The notes beneath the pieces are model-generated. The model did not search any database. It had not been told where the DNA came from and saw nothing but the letters and a program-made list of their open reading frames with translations. Of a stretch of DNA of 64,000 nt, positions 9,803 to 19,884 are shown piece by piece. Both the position numbers and the translations under genes were made by a program. Positions within the stretch are counted from its first letter, which is position 1. Every line of letters starts with the position of its first letter. Source of the stretch: an uncultured Thermoleophilia bacterium (GTDB lineage Bacteria > Actinomycetota > Thermoleophilia > UBA2241); assembly GCA_963717965.1 (NCBI GenBank), contig CAVQXS010000004.1, positions 1,228 through 65,227 on the forward strand. The letters are read 5' to 3'.

Positions 9803-10111
9803 TCAGCCCTTGAGCTCGTCGAAGGTGTCGGCCTGCACGGTGCGCTTGTTGCGGTAGTTGGCGATCACGATGGCGAGGCCGATGGTCACTTCGGCGGCGG
9901 CGATCACGATGATGAAGAGCGCGAAGAGCGTGCCCGCCCCCTTGGCGCCGCCACGGAAGTTGGCGGTCGCGACGAGGGCGATGTTGACGGCGTTGAGCAT
10001 GACCTCGAGGCTCATCACGACGAGGATGACGTTGCGCCGCGCGAGCACGCCGAAGGCGCCGATGCAGAAGAGCAGGAAGGCGAGCAGCAGCCACCAGTAG
10101 AGGGCGCTCAT
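9803..10111 (-). CDS. nuoK: NADH-quinone oxidoreductase subunit K
   Basis: RRNVILVVMSLEVMLNAVN, AAAEVTIGLAI; start taken at ATG 10111. Confidence 0.92.
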   Translation of the reverse strand: MSALYWWLLLAFLLFCIGAFGVLARRNVILVVMSLEVMLNAVNIALVATANFRGGAKGAGTLFALFIIVIAAAEVTIGLAIVIANYRNKRTVQADTFDELKG

Positions 10112-10163
10112 GACGCCTCGCCTTCCGGCGTACACGAGCGGGCCGCCGTAGGTAGACCGCTCA

Positions 10164-10673
10164 TCAGCGCTCCTTCTCGCGGGTCGCGAGCACGATCGCG
10201 CCGATCATCGCCGCGACGAGCACGAGCGAGACCAGCTCGAAGGGGAACACGTAGCGGTCGAAGATGAGCTTGGAGAGCTGGCGCAGGCCGGGCGTGAGCG
10301 ACTTGTCGCCGGCGGCGCCGATGTCGGCCGAGAGGGCGACGATGGCGAGCAGCGCGGCGCCGAAGAGCGCCACCACGGCGGCGATCGCCGTCTGGCGGTT
10401 GAAGAACAGGTCGTAGCCGCCGTGCTGCACCTCGGTGAGCATGATCGCGAAGATGATCACGATCGAGATGGCGCCGACGTAGACGAGGATCTGGATGATC
10501 GCCACCAGCGGCGCGTTGAGCAGGGCGTAGGCGAAGGCGACGCCGAGGAAGCAGAACACCATGGAGACGGCGGAGTACATGATCTTCTTGAACAGCACGA
10601 CGCCGAGGCCGCAGACGAGCACCCAGAAGGCGACGACGAGGAAGTACCAGAAGTGGAAGTCGCCGCCGGGCAT
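10164..10673 (-). CDS. nuoJ: NADH-quinone oxidoreductase subunit J
   Basis: QILVYVGAISIVIIFAIML and YVFPFELVSLVLVAAMIGAIVL; the ATG overlaps the upstream stop. Confidence 0.92.
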   Translation of the reverse strand: MPGGDFHFWYFLVVAFWVLVCGLGVVLFKKIMYSAVSMVFCFLGVAFAYALLNAPLVAIIQILVYVGAISIVIIFAIMLTEVQHGGYDLFFNRQTAIAAVVALFGAALLAIVALSADIGAAGDKSLTPGLRQLSKLIFDRYVFPFELVSLVLVAAMIGAIVLATREKER

Positions 10674-13147
10674 CAGGCCTGCTCCTCCGGGTCGTCGAGC
10701 GCGATCGGGTCGTCCTTCATCGGCTGCCAGACGTAGCCGAGGCCGAGCTCGGCGTCGCGCACGTGCGGGACGAGGTCCTTGACCGTCTCGTGCAGCGGGT
10801 CGACGGCGAGCGACTCGCGGATGTAGAGCGACTCGCGCGCCATCGTCGTGCGGCTGTAGCCGGCGAGCTCGAAGAAGTCGGTCTGCTCGAGCGCGTCGTA
10901 GGGGCAGACCTCGACGCACTCGCCGCAGAAGATGCAGCGGCTCTCGTCGAGGTCGTAGCTGCCGAGGATGCGCGGGTTGGTCTCGATCGAGCCGGTCGGG
11001 CAGGTCTCGGCGCACTTGCCGCAGCTCACGCAGCCGACCAGCTGCAGCGGCAGGTTGTCGGCGGTGCTGACGATGGTGTCGAAGCCGCGGTCCATGTTGT
11101 CGTAGCAGCTCGACCCGACCTCCATGCGGCAGACGCGCACGCAGCGGCCGCAATTGATGCAGCGGTTGGGCTCGCGCATGATGAAGTCGTGGCGGAAGTC
11201 GGCCGGGTAGTCGTGGGCGTCGCCGCCGTGGAAGCGGTTCTTGAAGACCTCGTACTCGATGCCGTAGCGCTGCAGGTCGCACTTGCCGCTGGCCGGGCAG
11301 TAGCAGTCGAGGCAGAGCTCGGCGCCGCGCACCGCTTCGTCTTCGCCGAAGCCGAGCTCGATCTGCTTGAAGTTCGTGCGCCGGTCCTCGGGCTCGAGCT
11401 TGGGCATCTCGGCCGGCGGGCTCGGGTGCGTCACGTCGGTGGTCATGTCGATGAACACCGGCGGGATCTCGGCCATGCGCGAGATGCGCGGGTCGAGGTC
11501 GGTCTTGGTGCTCAGCGCGGTGAAGAACGGCGTCGCCTTGAGCTCGGCGAGCGACTGCGAGACGTCCTGCATGTCGGCGCCGCGGAGGTAGGCGTCCATG
11601 CTCCAGGCGGCCTTCTTGCCCTGGGCGATGGCCTGGATCACGGTCTGCGCGCCGAGCACGGCGTCGCCGCCGGCGAACACGCGCGGGTCCTCGGTCTGGA
11701 AGGTCCAGTCGTCGACCTGGATGGTGCGCCACTTGGTGCGTTTGACGCCCTGCTCCTCGCTGGTGCCGTCGAGCTTGGGGTACTGGCCGATGGCGGTGAT
11801 CACCTGGTCGCACTCGACGACGAACTCGGAGCCCTCGATGGGCACGGGGCGGCGGCGGCCGGAGGCGTCGGGCTCGCCGAGCTCCATGCGCAGCATCTCG
11901 ATGCCGGTGACCTTGTTGCCCGCGTCGGTGAGCACCTTGACGGGCGCGCACAGCAGCTCGAGCTTGACGCCCTCCTCCTCGGCCTCGTCGACCTCGGTGA
12001 CATGAGCGGGCATCTCCTTGCGCGAGCGGCGGTAGAGACAGGTGACCTCGGCGGCGCCCTTGCGGAGGCTGGTGCGGCAGGCGTCCATGGCGGTGAAGCC
12101 GCCGCCGATGACGGTGACCTTGTCGCCGACGTGGACGCTGCCGGTGACCTCGAGCTCGCCGAGGAAGTCGACGGCGGTGACGACGCCGTCGGCGTCCTCG
12201 CCGGGGCAGCCCATGTCGTTGCTGTTGAAGGCGCCGAGGGCGAGGAAGACGACGTCGTACTCCTCGAGCAGGTCCTCGAGCTGGTAGTCGACGCCCAGGC
12301 GGCTGTTGACCTGGAGCTCGACGCCCATGCGCCAGAGCACGTTGATCTCCTTGTCGACCAGGTCGCGCGGCAGGCGGTAGCTCGGGATGCCGTAGCGCAG
12401 CATGCCGCCCGGCTTGGGCATGGCCTCGAAGATCTTGACCGCGTGCCCCTCGAGCCGCGCGTAGAAGGCGGCGGCCATGCCGGCAGGCCCGCCGCCGACG
12501 ATGGCGATCTTCTTGCCGGTGTCGGCCTTCGGCTCGACCGGCAGCAGCAGCTCGCCGGTCTGCTCCTCGTCGACCGTCTGGTCGGCCATGAAGCGGTGCA
12601 GCTGGCAGATGGTGATCGGGTGCTCGACCAGCTGCCGGCGGCACGGGCCCTCGCAGGGCCGCGGGCAGACGCGCCCGAGGATAGCCGGGAACGGCAGGTC
12701 CTCGCGCAGCTTGCGCACGCCGTTCTTGTAGTCCTTGTGGGCGATGTAGTCGAGGAACTGCGGGATCTTGATGTGCGTCGGGCAGGCGTCGCGGCAGGGC
12801 GGCGTGCAGAAGGAGTTGTGGTCGCTGAGCAGCAGCTCGAGGTAGAGGTGCCGCATGGCGCGGATCTTCTCGGTGTTGGTGTGCACGACCATGCCGTCGG
12901 AGACGGCCGCGGAGCAGCTCGGGACCAGCTTGCGCGCGCCCTCGACCTCGACGATGCACATGCGGCAGGCGGCGGTGGCCGGCAGGCGCGGCTCGTAGCA
13001 GAGCGTCGGGATGTGGATGCCGATGCGCTGCGCCGCGTCGAGGATCGTGTCGCCGCGCTCGCAGATCACGTCCTGACCGTCGACGGTCAGGGTGATCTGG
13101 CCGGGGCGCGGCGTCGTCTGCGGCACGTTCTCCACCGTCGTCGCCAT
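10673..13147 (-). CDS. NuoG-type Fe-S scaffold with an inserted GltD/NfnB-like FAD/NADP(H) oxidoreductase, fused to the C-terminal half of NuoI
   Basis: N-terminal 2Fe-2S domain (PTLCY...CRMCIVE...PSC); PPCRDACP/GRVCPRPCEGPC; GGGPAG, GGMLRYGIP, GGGFTAMD, YRRS, FAGGD; then CINCGRCVRVC, CVSCGKCAETCP and the NuoI-type YDLDESRCIFCGECVEVCPYDAL...FELA. Confidence 0.85.
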   Translation of the reverse strand: MATTVENVPQTTPRPGQITLTVDGQDVICERGDTILDAAQRIGIHIPTLCYEPRLPATAACRMCIVEVEGARKLVPSCSAAVSDGMVVHTNTEKIRAMRHLYLELLLSDHNSFCTPPCRDACPTHIKIPQFLDYIAHKDYKNGVRKLREDLPFPAILGRVCPRPCEGPCRRQLVEHPITICQLHRFMADQTVDEEQTGELLLPVEPKADTGKKIAIVGGGPAGMAAAFYARLEGHAVKIFEAMPKPGGMLRYGIPSYRLPRDLVDKEINVLWRMGVELQVNSRLGVDYQLEDLLEEYDVVFLALGAFNSNDMGCPGEDADGVVTAVDFLGELEVTGSVHVGDKVTVIGGGFTAMDACRTSLRKGAAEVTCLYRRSRKEMPAHVTEVDEAEEEGVKLELLCAPVKVLTDAGNKVTGIEMLRMELGEPDASGRRRPVPIEGSEFVVECDQVITAIGQYPKLDGTSEEQGVKRTKWRTIQVDDWTFQTEDPRVFAGGDAVLGAQTVIQAIAQGKKAAWSMDAYLRGADMQDVSQSLAELKATPFFTALSTKTDLDPRISRMAEIPPVFIDMTTDVTHPSPPAEMPKLEPEDRRTNFKQIELGFGEDEAVRGAELCLDCYCPASGKCDLQRYGIEYEVFKNRFHGGDAHDYPADFRHDFIMREPNRCINCGRCVRVCRMEVGSSCYDNMDRGFDTIVSTADNLPLQLVGCVSCGKCAETCPTGSIETNPRILGSYDLDESRCIFCGECVEVCPYDALEQTDFFELAGYSRTTMARESLYIRESLAVDPLHETVKDLVPHVRDAELGLGYVWQPMKDDPIALDDPEEQA

Positions 13148-13149
13148 GG

Positions 13150-15069
13150 TCAGGCCTCAGCCCCCTCGGCGGCCGCGCCGGCGACCGCCAGCTCGACGCC
13201 CGAGCGCACCTTGACGGCGTCGAACTTGCAGACCTGGCGGCAGGTGTCGCACTTGATGCAGTTGGCCACGTCGATGACGTGCAGCTGCTTCTTCTCGCCG
13301 CTGATGCACGAGGTGGGGCACTTCTTGGCGCACAGGGTGCAGCCGGTGCAGGCGTCGGCGTCGATGTAGTAGGTGATCAGCGCCTTGCACTTGCCCGCCG
13401 GGCAGCGCTTCTCGCGGATGTGCGCCTCGTACTCGCTGCGGAAGTACTTGATCGTCGTGAGCACGGGGTTCGGGGCGGTGCCGCCGAGCGCGCACAGCGA
13501 GCCGTCGATGATGTAGTGGCCCATCTCCTCGAGGAGCTCGATGTCGCCCTCGCGGCCTTCGCCCTCCTTGATGCGGTCGAGCGTCTCGAGCATGCGCTTG
13601 GTGCCGAGCCGGCAGGGGACGCACTTGCCGCAGCTCTCCTTCTGGGTGAAGTCGAGGAAGAAGCGCGCGAGGTCGACCATGCAGGTCTCTTCGTCGACCA
13701 CGACCATGCCGCCGGAGCCGACGATGGCGCCGGTCGCGGCGAGGCTCTCGTAGTCGACCGGCGTGTCGAGGAGCGAGGCGGGCACGCAGCCGCCGGAGGG
13801 GCCGCCGAGCTGGACGGCCTTGAACTTCTTGCCGTCCTTGATGCCGCCGCCGACGTCGAAGATGAGGTGCCGGAGGCTGGACCCCATCGGCACCTCGACG
13901 AGGCCGCCGTTGACGACCTTGCCGGCGAGGCTGAAGGCCTTGGTGCCGCGGCTGGTCTCGGCGCCGAGCGCGGAGTAGGCCTCGGCGCCGTGCTTGATGA
14001 TCCACGGGACGTTGGAGAACGTCTCGACGTTGTTGATGTTGGTCGGCTTGCCGTAGAGGCCCGACACCGCCGGGAACGGCGGCCGCGTGCGCGGCATGCC
14101 GCGCTTGCCCTCGATCGAGGCGATGAGCGCCGTCTCCTCGCCGCAGACGAAGGCGCCGGCGCCGAGCTTGAGGTGCACGTTGAACTCCCAGCCGGTGCCG
14201 AAGACGTCCTTGCCCAGGAAGCCGCGCTCCTCGGCGGCGGCGACCGCCATGGTGAGGCGCTTGACCGCCTGCGGGTACTCGGCGCGCACGTACACGTACC
14301 CCTCGTGCGCGCCGATCGCGTAGCTGCCGATGATCATGCCCTCGATGACGACGTGCGGGTCGCCCTCGAGGATCGAGCAGTCCATGAACGCGCCGGGGTC
14401 GCCCTCGTCGGCGTTGCAGATGAGGTACTTCTCGTCGCCCGGCGAGGCCGCGGCGAACTTCCACTTGACGCCGGTCGGGAAGCCGGCGCCGCCGCGGCCG
14501 CGGATGCCCGAGTCGGTGACGTGCTCGATGATCCACTCGGGCGTCTGCTCGGTGAGCGCCATGCGCGCCGCCTCGTAGCCGCCGACGGCGATGTACGCGT
14601 CGATGCTCTCCGGGTTGATGACGCCGACGTCGCGCAGGGCGATGCGCGTCTGCGCCTTGTAGAACCCGATGTCGTGCCAGTCGCGGATGCGCTCGCCGCT
14701 CTGCGCGTCCTTGTAGAGGAAGCGCTCGACCGGCGTGCCGCCCTTGAGGTGCTCCTCGACGACCTTGGCGACGTCCCTCGGCTTCAGGTGTCCGTAGAGG
14801 GTGTCGTCGCTGAGCACCACCACCGGGCTCATCGAGCAGAGCCCGTGGCAGCCGATGATGCTGACCTCGACGCTGTCGCCCAGCCCGGCCTCCTGGACCT
14901 CCTGGACGAAGGTGTCGAAGACGGCGAGCGAGCCGGCGAACATGCAGGCGGTGCCGGCGCACACCTTGACGGCGTAGCCGCCGCCGGGGCGCTCGGCCAC
15001 GCTGACGTTGCGGGCGTCCGTGTCCGGACGCGGTGTAGTCGTCTCTTCAGCCATGATCTCTCTGCTCAT
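13150..15069 (-). CDS. nuoF: HydB/BfuB-type NuoF (FMN/NADH subunit with N-terminal 2Fe-2S and C-terminal 2x[4Fe-4S])
   Basis: CAGTAC...CHGLC; RGRGGAGFPTG; NADEGDPGAFMD; GAFVCGEETAL; ESCGKCVPCR; HIREKRCPAGKC; CTGCTLCAKKCP and CIKCDTCRQVC. Confidence 0.92.
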   Translation of the reverse strand: MSREIMAEETTTPRPDTDARNVSVAERPGGGYAVKVCAGTACMFAGSLAVFDTFVQEVQEAGLGDSVEVSIIGCHGLCSMSPVVVLSDDTLYGHLKPRDVAKVVEEHLKGGTPVERFLYKDAQSGERIRDWHDIGFYKAQTRIALRDVGVINPESIDAYIAVGGYEAARMALTEQTPEWIIEHVTDSGIRGRGGAGFPTGVKWKFAAASPGDEKYLICNADEGDPGAFMDCSILEGDPHVVIEGMIIGSYAIGAHEGYVYVRAEYPQAVKRLTMAVAAAEERGFLGKDVFGTGWEFNVHLKLGAGAFVCGEETALIASIEGKRGMPRTRPPFPAVSGLYGKPTNINNVETFSNVPWIIKHGAEAYSALGAETSRGTKAFSLAGKVVNGGLVEVPMGSSLRHLIFDVGGGIKDGKKFKAVQLGGPSGGCVPASLLDTPVDYESLAATGAIVGSGGMVVVDEETCMVDLARFFLDFTQKESCGKCVPCRLGTKRMLETLDRIKEGEGREGDIELLEEMGHYIIDGSLCALGGTAPNPVLTTIKYFRSEYEAHIREKRCPAGKCKALITYYIDADACTGCTLCAKKCPTSCISGEKKQLHVIDVANCIKCDTCRQVCKFDAVKVRSGVELAVAGAAAEGAEA

Positions 15070-15827
15070 CCCTTCTGACCGCCGACCTCTTCCATGAGGT
15101 CGCGGATGATCTTGCGCGTGGCGTCAGGGGTGAGGCCGCCGTAGGTGTTCTCGCCGATGCGCATGACCGGAGCCTGCGAGCAGGCGCCCATGCAGGCGAC
15201 CGACGAGAGCGTGAACTTCATGTCGCTGGTCGTCTTGCCGTCGGCGACCCCGAGCTCCTCCTCCAAGGCCTCGGTGATCTGGACCGCCCCTGCGACGTGG
15301 CAGGCGGTGCCGTGGCAGACGTCGATGATGTGCTCGCCGACCGGCGAGAGCCGGAACTGGTTGTAGAAGCTCGAGACGCCGTAGATCTGGCTGAGCGAGA
15401 CGCCGGTCTGCAGGCTGATCTCCTGGAGGGCGATGCGCGGCAGGTAGCCGTACACCTCCTGGGCGTTCTGCAGCATGGCGATGAGGCCGGTGCCGTGCTC
15501 GTAGTAGTCGTCGAGCACCGGCTGCAGCGCCTTGAGGTCGATGCCCTGCTGGGCCGCGAGACGAGCTTCGCTGATCCGCGCGGCGTTGGGCACCGGCAGC
15601 GTGTACTTGCTCGTGTGGTTCACGCGGATCACCTGCACGGGGCAGTTGCTCTCGCAGAGCGTGCACGAGCGGCAGCGCGGCTCGCCGCTGGACGGGTCGA
15701 TGACCACGCGGAAGAGGCCGCGGCTGCGCGCCGGCAGCAGCTCGCGCTCCTCCGGGTACTGCACGGTGATCTTCTTCATGGGCAGGTGACGCAGCGTCTG
15801 GCGCATCGCCTTGAACATGCCGAGCAT
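15066..15827 (-). CDS. nuoE: Fusion of the N-terminal half of NuoI to a NuoE/HydC-type 2Fe-2S subunit
   Basis: TVQYPEE...RSRG...RCRSCTLCESNCPVQVI (NuoI N-half), then LQNAQEVYGYLP, VCHGTACH, VACMGACSQAP (NuoE). Confidence 0.85.
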   Translation of the reverse strand: MLGMFKAMRQTLRHLPMKKITVQYPEERELLPARSRGLFRVVIDPSSGEPRCRSCTLCESNCPVQVIRVNHTSKYTLPVPNAARISEARLAAQQGIDLKALQPVLDDYYEHGTGLIAMLQNAQEVYGYLPRIALQEISLQTGVSLSQIYGVSSFYNQFRLSPVGEHIIDVCHGTACHVAGAVQITEALEEELGVADGKTTSDMKFTLSSVACMGACSQAPVMRIGENTYGGLTPDATRKIIRDLMEEVGGQKG

Positions 15828-16948
15828 CAGGCGCTCACCACCGGCTGGCGCTCACGCTGCTTGCGCAGGCGGCGCTTGAGGAGCGGGTCGAAGAGCGCGA
15901 CGAAGGCGAAGAAGGCGATCCAGCTGAAGACCGCGAGGCCCCACTTCCAGCTGGGCACCCAGAGGATGATCGCCGCCGTGGCGAGGATGTTCACGAGCCC
16001 GAGCGGGATGAGGATCTTCCAGGCGAAGGCCATGAGCTGGTCGACCTGGAGGCGCGGCAGCGAGAGCCGGATCCAGACCAGCGCGAACACGAGCACGTAG
16101 GTCTTGGCGAGGAACCAGACGATGCCGATCCAGTCGACGCCCCAGAAGTCGATGGCGCCGGCGAACGGCCCCATCCAGCCGCCGAAGAAGAGCGTCACGG
16201 CGACCATCGACATGATCGTCATGCCGGCGTACTCGTTGAGGAAGAACATGCCGAAGCGCATGCCCGAGTACTCGGTGCCGTAGCCGGACACGAGCTCGGA
16301 CTCCGACTCGGGGAGGTCGAACGGGCCGCGGTTCAGCTCGGCGATGGAGGCGATGTAGAAGATGAGGAAGCTGAAGGGCGCGTAGAAGACGATCCACTCG
16401 TAGCCGGACTGGAAGGCGACGACGGCCTCGATGCGCAGCGACCCGACGACCATCGCCACGATGAGGAGGCCGAGGATCATCGGGATCTCGTAGCTGATCA
16501 TCTGGGCGGCGGCGCGCAGCGCCCCCACCAGCGAGTACTTGTTGCGCGACGACCAGCCGCCGAGGAGGATCGAGAGCGTCGTGAAGCTGGTGATCGCGAC
16601 GAGGAAGATGATGCCGACGTTGAGGCTGGTCGCCATGAGCCCGCCGGTGTAGGGGATCACCAGCTGGATGGCGACCGCGCCGATCATCACCGTGACCGGC
16701 GCGAGCGTGAACAGGAACGGGTCGGCGAGCAGCGGGCGGAAGTCCTCCTTGCCCATCATCTTGAAGGCGTCGGCGATGCTCTGCAGCACGCCGTGCGGCC
16801 CGGTGCGGTTGGGGCCGTGGCGGTCCTGCATGAACGCCAGGGCGCGGCGCTCGAAGACGATGTTGACGAGCGCCGCCACGAACACCACCGCGTAGGAGAT
16901 GACGACGAAGAGGATGGCCCGGAGGATGCCGACGATGATGTCCACCAT
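15827..16948 (-). CDS. nuoH: NADH-quinone oxidoreductase subunit H
   Basis: ERRALAFMQDRHGPNRTGP, RAAAQMISYEIP, AELNRGPFDLPESESELVSG. Confidence 0.95.
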   Translation of the reverse strand: MVDIIVGILRAILFVVISYAVVFVAALVNIVFERRALAFMQDRHGPNRTGPHGVLQSIADAFKMMGKEDFRPLLADPFLFTLAPVTVMIGAVAIQLVIPYTGGLMATSLNVGIIFLVAITSFTTLSILLGGWSSRNKYSLVGALRAAAQMISYEIPMILGLLIVAMVVGSLRIEAVVAFQSGYEWIVFYAPFSFLIFYIASIAELNRGPFDLPESESELVSGYGTEYSGMRFGMFFLNEYAGMTIMSMVAVTLFFGGWMGPFAGAIDFWGVDWIGIVWFLAKTYVLVFALVWIRLSLPRLQVDQLMAFAWKILIPLGLVNILATAAIILWVPSWKWGLAVFSWIAFFAFVALFDPLLKRRLRKQRERQPVVSA

Positions 16949-18162
16949 CAGCGGTCGATCCCTCCCAGCACGAGGTCGATGCTGCCCGAGATGGCCACGG
17001 CGTCGGCGATCTTGTTGCCGCTGAGGATCTTGGGGAACAGCTGCAGGTTGCAGAAGCAGGGGTCGCGGAACTTGAGCCGGTACGGGTACCGCGACCCGTC
17101 GCTCTCGATGTAGGTGCCGAACTCGCCGCGCGGGTTCTCCTGCCCGACGTAGCACGCGCCCGGGGGCGGCGTGATCACGTAGGGCGCGCGCAGCGAGCCC
17201 ACCTGGACGGGGCCCTTGGGCAGCATGTCGAGGCACTGCTCGATGATCTTGACGCTCTCGCGCATCTCGTCCATGCGCACGCGGTAGCGGTCGAAGATGT
17301 CGCCGTGCTGCTCGGTGACGACCTCGAAGTCGAGCTCCGGGTAGACCGAGTAGGGGCGCGAGCGGCGCAGGTCCAGCGCGACGCCGGAGGCGCGCGCGTT
17401 GGGGCCGGTGATGCCGTAGTCGACGACGTCCTGCTGGGTGATGACGCCCTTGCCCTGGGTGCGCTGCAGGAAGATGGCGTTGTGGTCGACGAGGGCCTCG
17501 TACTCCTTGATCATCTTCGGGAACTTCGAGATGTAGTCGCGGCACTTCTCGACCCAGCCGTCGGGCAGGTCGTAGCGCACGCCGCCGAAGCGGAAGTAGT
17601 TGAACATCATGCGCGCGCCGGTGAGCTCCTCCATCAGGTCGAGGATGGTCTCGCGGTCGCGGAACATGTAGAAGACCATCGCCGTGCCCAGCGGCGAGAG
17701 GTCGGCGGTGAAGGTGCCGACCGCCACGAGGTGGCTGGCGATGCGCATGAGCTCGCCGGTGATGACGCGGATGAACTCCGCCCGCCGCGTCACCTGGATG
17801 CCGGCGAGCTTCTCGACCGTCATCACGTAGGCCCACTCGCAGTTGATGCTGGCGACGTACTCGGTGCGGTCGACGATGGGGATGTACTGGAAGTAGGTGC
17901 GGCGCTCGGCGAGCTTCTCCTTGCAGCGGTGCAGGTAGCCGATCACCGGGATGACGTCCTTGACGAGCTCGCCGTCGAGCGTCACGACCAGCCGCAGCAC
18001 GCCGTGCGTGCTGGGGTGCTGCGGCCCCATGTTGACCACGACCTCGTTGAAGGCGAGGCCGTCGACGTCCGAGCCCTCGCCGCGCGCCGTCGACTCCTCG
18101 ATGCGGCGCAGCGCGAGCTTGACGGCCTCGTCCGGCTCGGGGCTCTCGAACTGGTCATACAT
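16948..18162 (-). CDS. nuoD: NADH-quinone oxidoreductase subunit D
   Basis: [27 protein letters not shown]-terminal [11 protein letters not shown]; no NiFe CxxC motifs. Confidence 0.93.
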   Translation of the reverse strand: MYDQFESPEPDEAVKLALRRIEESTARGEGSDVDGLAFNEVVVNMGPQHPSTHGVLRLVVTLDGELVKDVIPVIGYLHRCKEKLAERRTYFQYIPIVDRTEYVASINCEWAYVMTVEKLAGIQVTRRAEFIRVITGELMRIASHLVAVGTFTADLSPLGTAMVFYMFRDRETILDLMEELTGARMMFNYFRFGGVRYDLPDGWVEKCRDYISKFPKMIKEYEALVDHNAIFLQRTQGKGVITQQDVVDYGITGPNARASGVALDLRRSRPYSVYPELDFEVVTEQHGDIFDRYRVRMDEMRESVKIIEQCLDMLPKGPVQVGSLRAPYVITPPPGACYVGQENPRGEFGTYIESDGSRYPYRLKFRDPCFCNLQLFPKILSGNKIADAVAISGSIDLVLGGIDR

Positions 18163-18650
18163 GCGGGTGGTTCTCCGCGAGGTCGACGTAGTCTTTGCGC
18201 AGCGGGTGCCCGACGAAGTCGTCCTTGAGCAGGATGCGGCGCATGTCGGGGTGGCCGAGGTAGACGATGCCGACCATGTCCCAGGACTCGCGCTCGTGCC
18301 AGTCCGCGGCCGGCCAGACGCCGGTGACGGTGTCGACCTCGGGCTTCGCGCGCGGCAGGTCGACGTGCAGCTCGAGGTAGGTGTTCGTCTTCCACGAGTA
18401 GACGTGGTAGACGCTCTCGAGCGAGGTGCGGCGGTCGACGCCGGCGATCCAGTTGAGGGTCTCGTAGCCGGCGTCGGCGTCGGCCTTGAGGCGCGCGGCG
18501 ACGTCCTTGAGCTTCTCGCGCGCGCAGCGCGCGACGACGGTGTCCGGCTCCTGGATGCGCACGTCCGTGAGGTCGCCGGCGAAGCGCTCGGCGAGCAGCG
18601 TCGGCGATGGCGTCCATGCTCATGGGGTTGCTGCCGACGACGAGGCCCAT
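18155..18650 (-). CDS. nuoC: NADH-quinone oxidoreductase subunit C; frameshift near 18600
   Basis: [35 protein letters not shown]; the N-terminus [11 protein letters not shown] is in the adjacent frame. Confidence 0.85.
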
Positions 18651-18655
18651 CGCGC

Positions 18656-19248
18656 TCAGGCCTCTTCGGCCGGCGCGGCCGCGGGAGCCGCCTCCGTCGC
18701 CGGCGCGGCCGCCTCGGGGCCGCCGGCTTCTCGGGGACGAACTTGTGCTGCTGGATCTTGCCCTGCAGCTCCAGCAGCCCCTGGAAGAGCGCCTCGGGGC
18801 GCGGCGGGCAGCCGGGGATGTAGACGTCGACCGGCACGACCTTGTCGACGCCGTTGACGACGTTGTAGCCGTCGTAGAACGGGCCGCCGCTGGTGGCGCA
18901 GGCGCCCATGCTGATGACCCACTTGGGCTCCGACATCTGGTCGTAGAGGCGCTTGAGCACCGGCGCCATCTTCTCGTTGACGGTGCCGGCGACGATCATG
19001 AGGTCGCACTGGCGCGGCGTGGGGCGGAACACCTCCATGCCGTAGCGGGCGACGTCGAAGCGGGCGAAGCCGGAGCTGAGCATCTCGATGGCGCAGCAGG
19101 CGAGGCCGTAGGTGAACGGGAAGACCGAGTGCGAGCGCGCCCAGCTGAAGATGAAGTCGGCGGTGGTGGTGATGACGTTCGGCTCGCTGAAGTGCTCGAG
19201 CTTGGGGTACCGGAGGCCCTTGGCGCGCTCCGGCACGGACTCACTCAC
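18656..19248 (-). CDS. nuoB: NADH-quinone oxidoreductase subunit B; frameshift near 18735 in the C-terminal tail
   Basis: [34 protein letters not shown]; the GTG overlaps the nuoA stop. Confidence 0.9.
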
Positions 19249-19613
19249 GCCCACTCGAGGGCCCCCTTGCGCCAGGCGTAGAGCAGGCCGAAGGCGAGCA
19301 CGGCGATGAACACCAGCATCTCGATGAACCCGGCGGTGCCGAGGCTGCGGAAGACGATCGCCCACGGGAACAGGAAGGCCGCCTCCACGTCGAACACGAG
19401 GAACAGGAGGCCGAAGACGAAGTAGCGCACGGCGAACGGCTGCCACGGGTTGCCGACCGGCGGGATGCCGCACTCGTACGGCTGCAGCTTCTCGGGCGTG
19501 AGGTGGCTCGGATTGATGAGCTTGGAGAAGAGCAGGATGAGGACGACCAGCGCCGCGCCGGCGACGATGAACAGCCAGACATAGAGCCAGTCAGTGAGAT
19601 ATGCGTTCGTCAT
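19245..19613 (-). CDS. nuoA: NADH-quinone oxidoreductase subunit A
   Basis: [31 protein letters not shown]. Confidence 0.95.
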   Translation of the reverse strand: MTNAYLTDWLYVWLFIVAGAALVVLILLFSKLINPSHLTPEKLQPYECGIPPVGNPWQPFAVRYFVFGLLFLVFDVEAAFLFPWAIVFRSLGTAGFIEMLVFIAVLAFGLLYAWRKGALEWA

Positions 19614-19884
19614 GAGATGAGTGAGACGCCCGCGCTCCCTTCCCCTGAGAGCCGCCCGGACGACTCGCGTACTCTACCAAAGCCGCTTCACCTCGTGCAA
19701 CTGGCGCGCAAACCGGTGGGGGTATCGGGCGATTCCGCCGCTGTGCAGGGGAATCGCCCCGGCGGTCGCCGGGTTGGCCAGGCGCGGCGAAGGGTTTGGA
19801 CGCACGAGAGGGGCCGCGTTGACCTGCGGCCCCGCTGCCCGTACGATGGAAGGGCACGATACCCCCGACCGAGGTGACCCCCCT

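Noticed and set aside
10673-13147. Glutamate synthase, FeFe hydrogenase or formate dehydrogenase
   Set aside because: No gltB, no H-cluster motifs and no molybdopterin domain.
5295-15078. Long plus-strand ORFs (907, 678, 868, 599 aa)
   Set aside because: Antisense shadows of high-GC nuo genes with no recognisable motifs.
16948-19248. Group 4 NiFe hydrogenase (Ech/Mbh)
   Set aside because: NuoD lacks both CxxC nickel motifs, NuoB has the complex I CC motif, and no maturation genes are present.
16948-19473. 841-aa NuoB-NuoD fusion ORF
   Set aside because: An artefact of frameshifts: nuoC lies between them in another frame, and nuoD has its own ATG at 18162.
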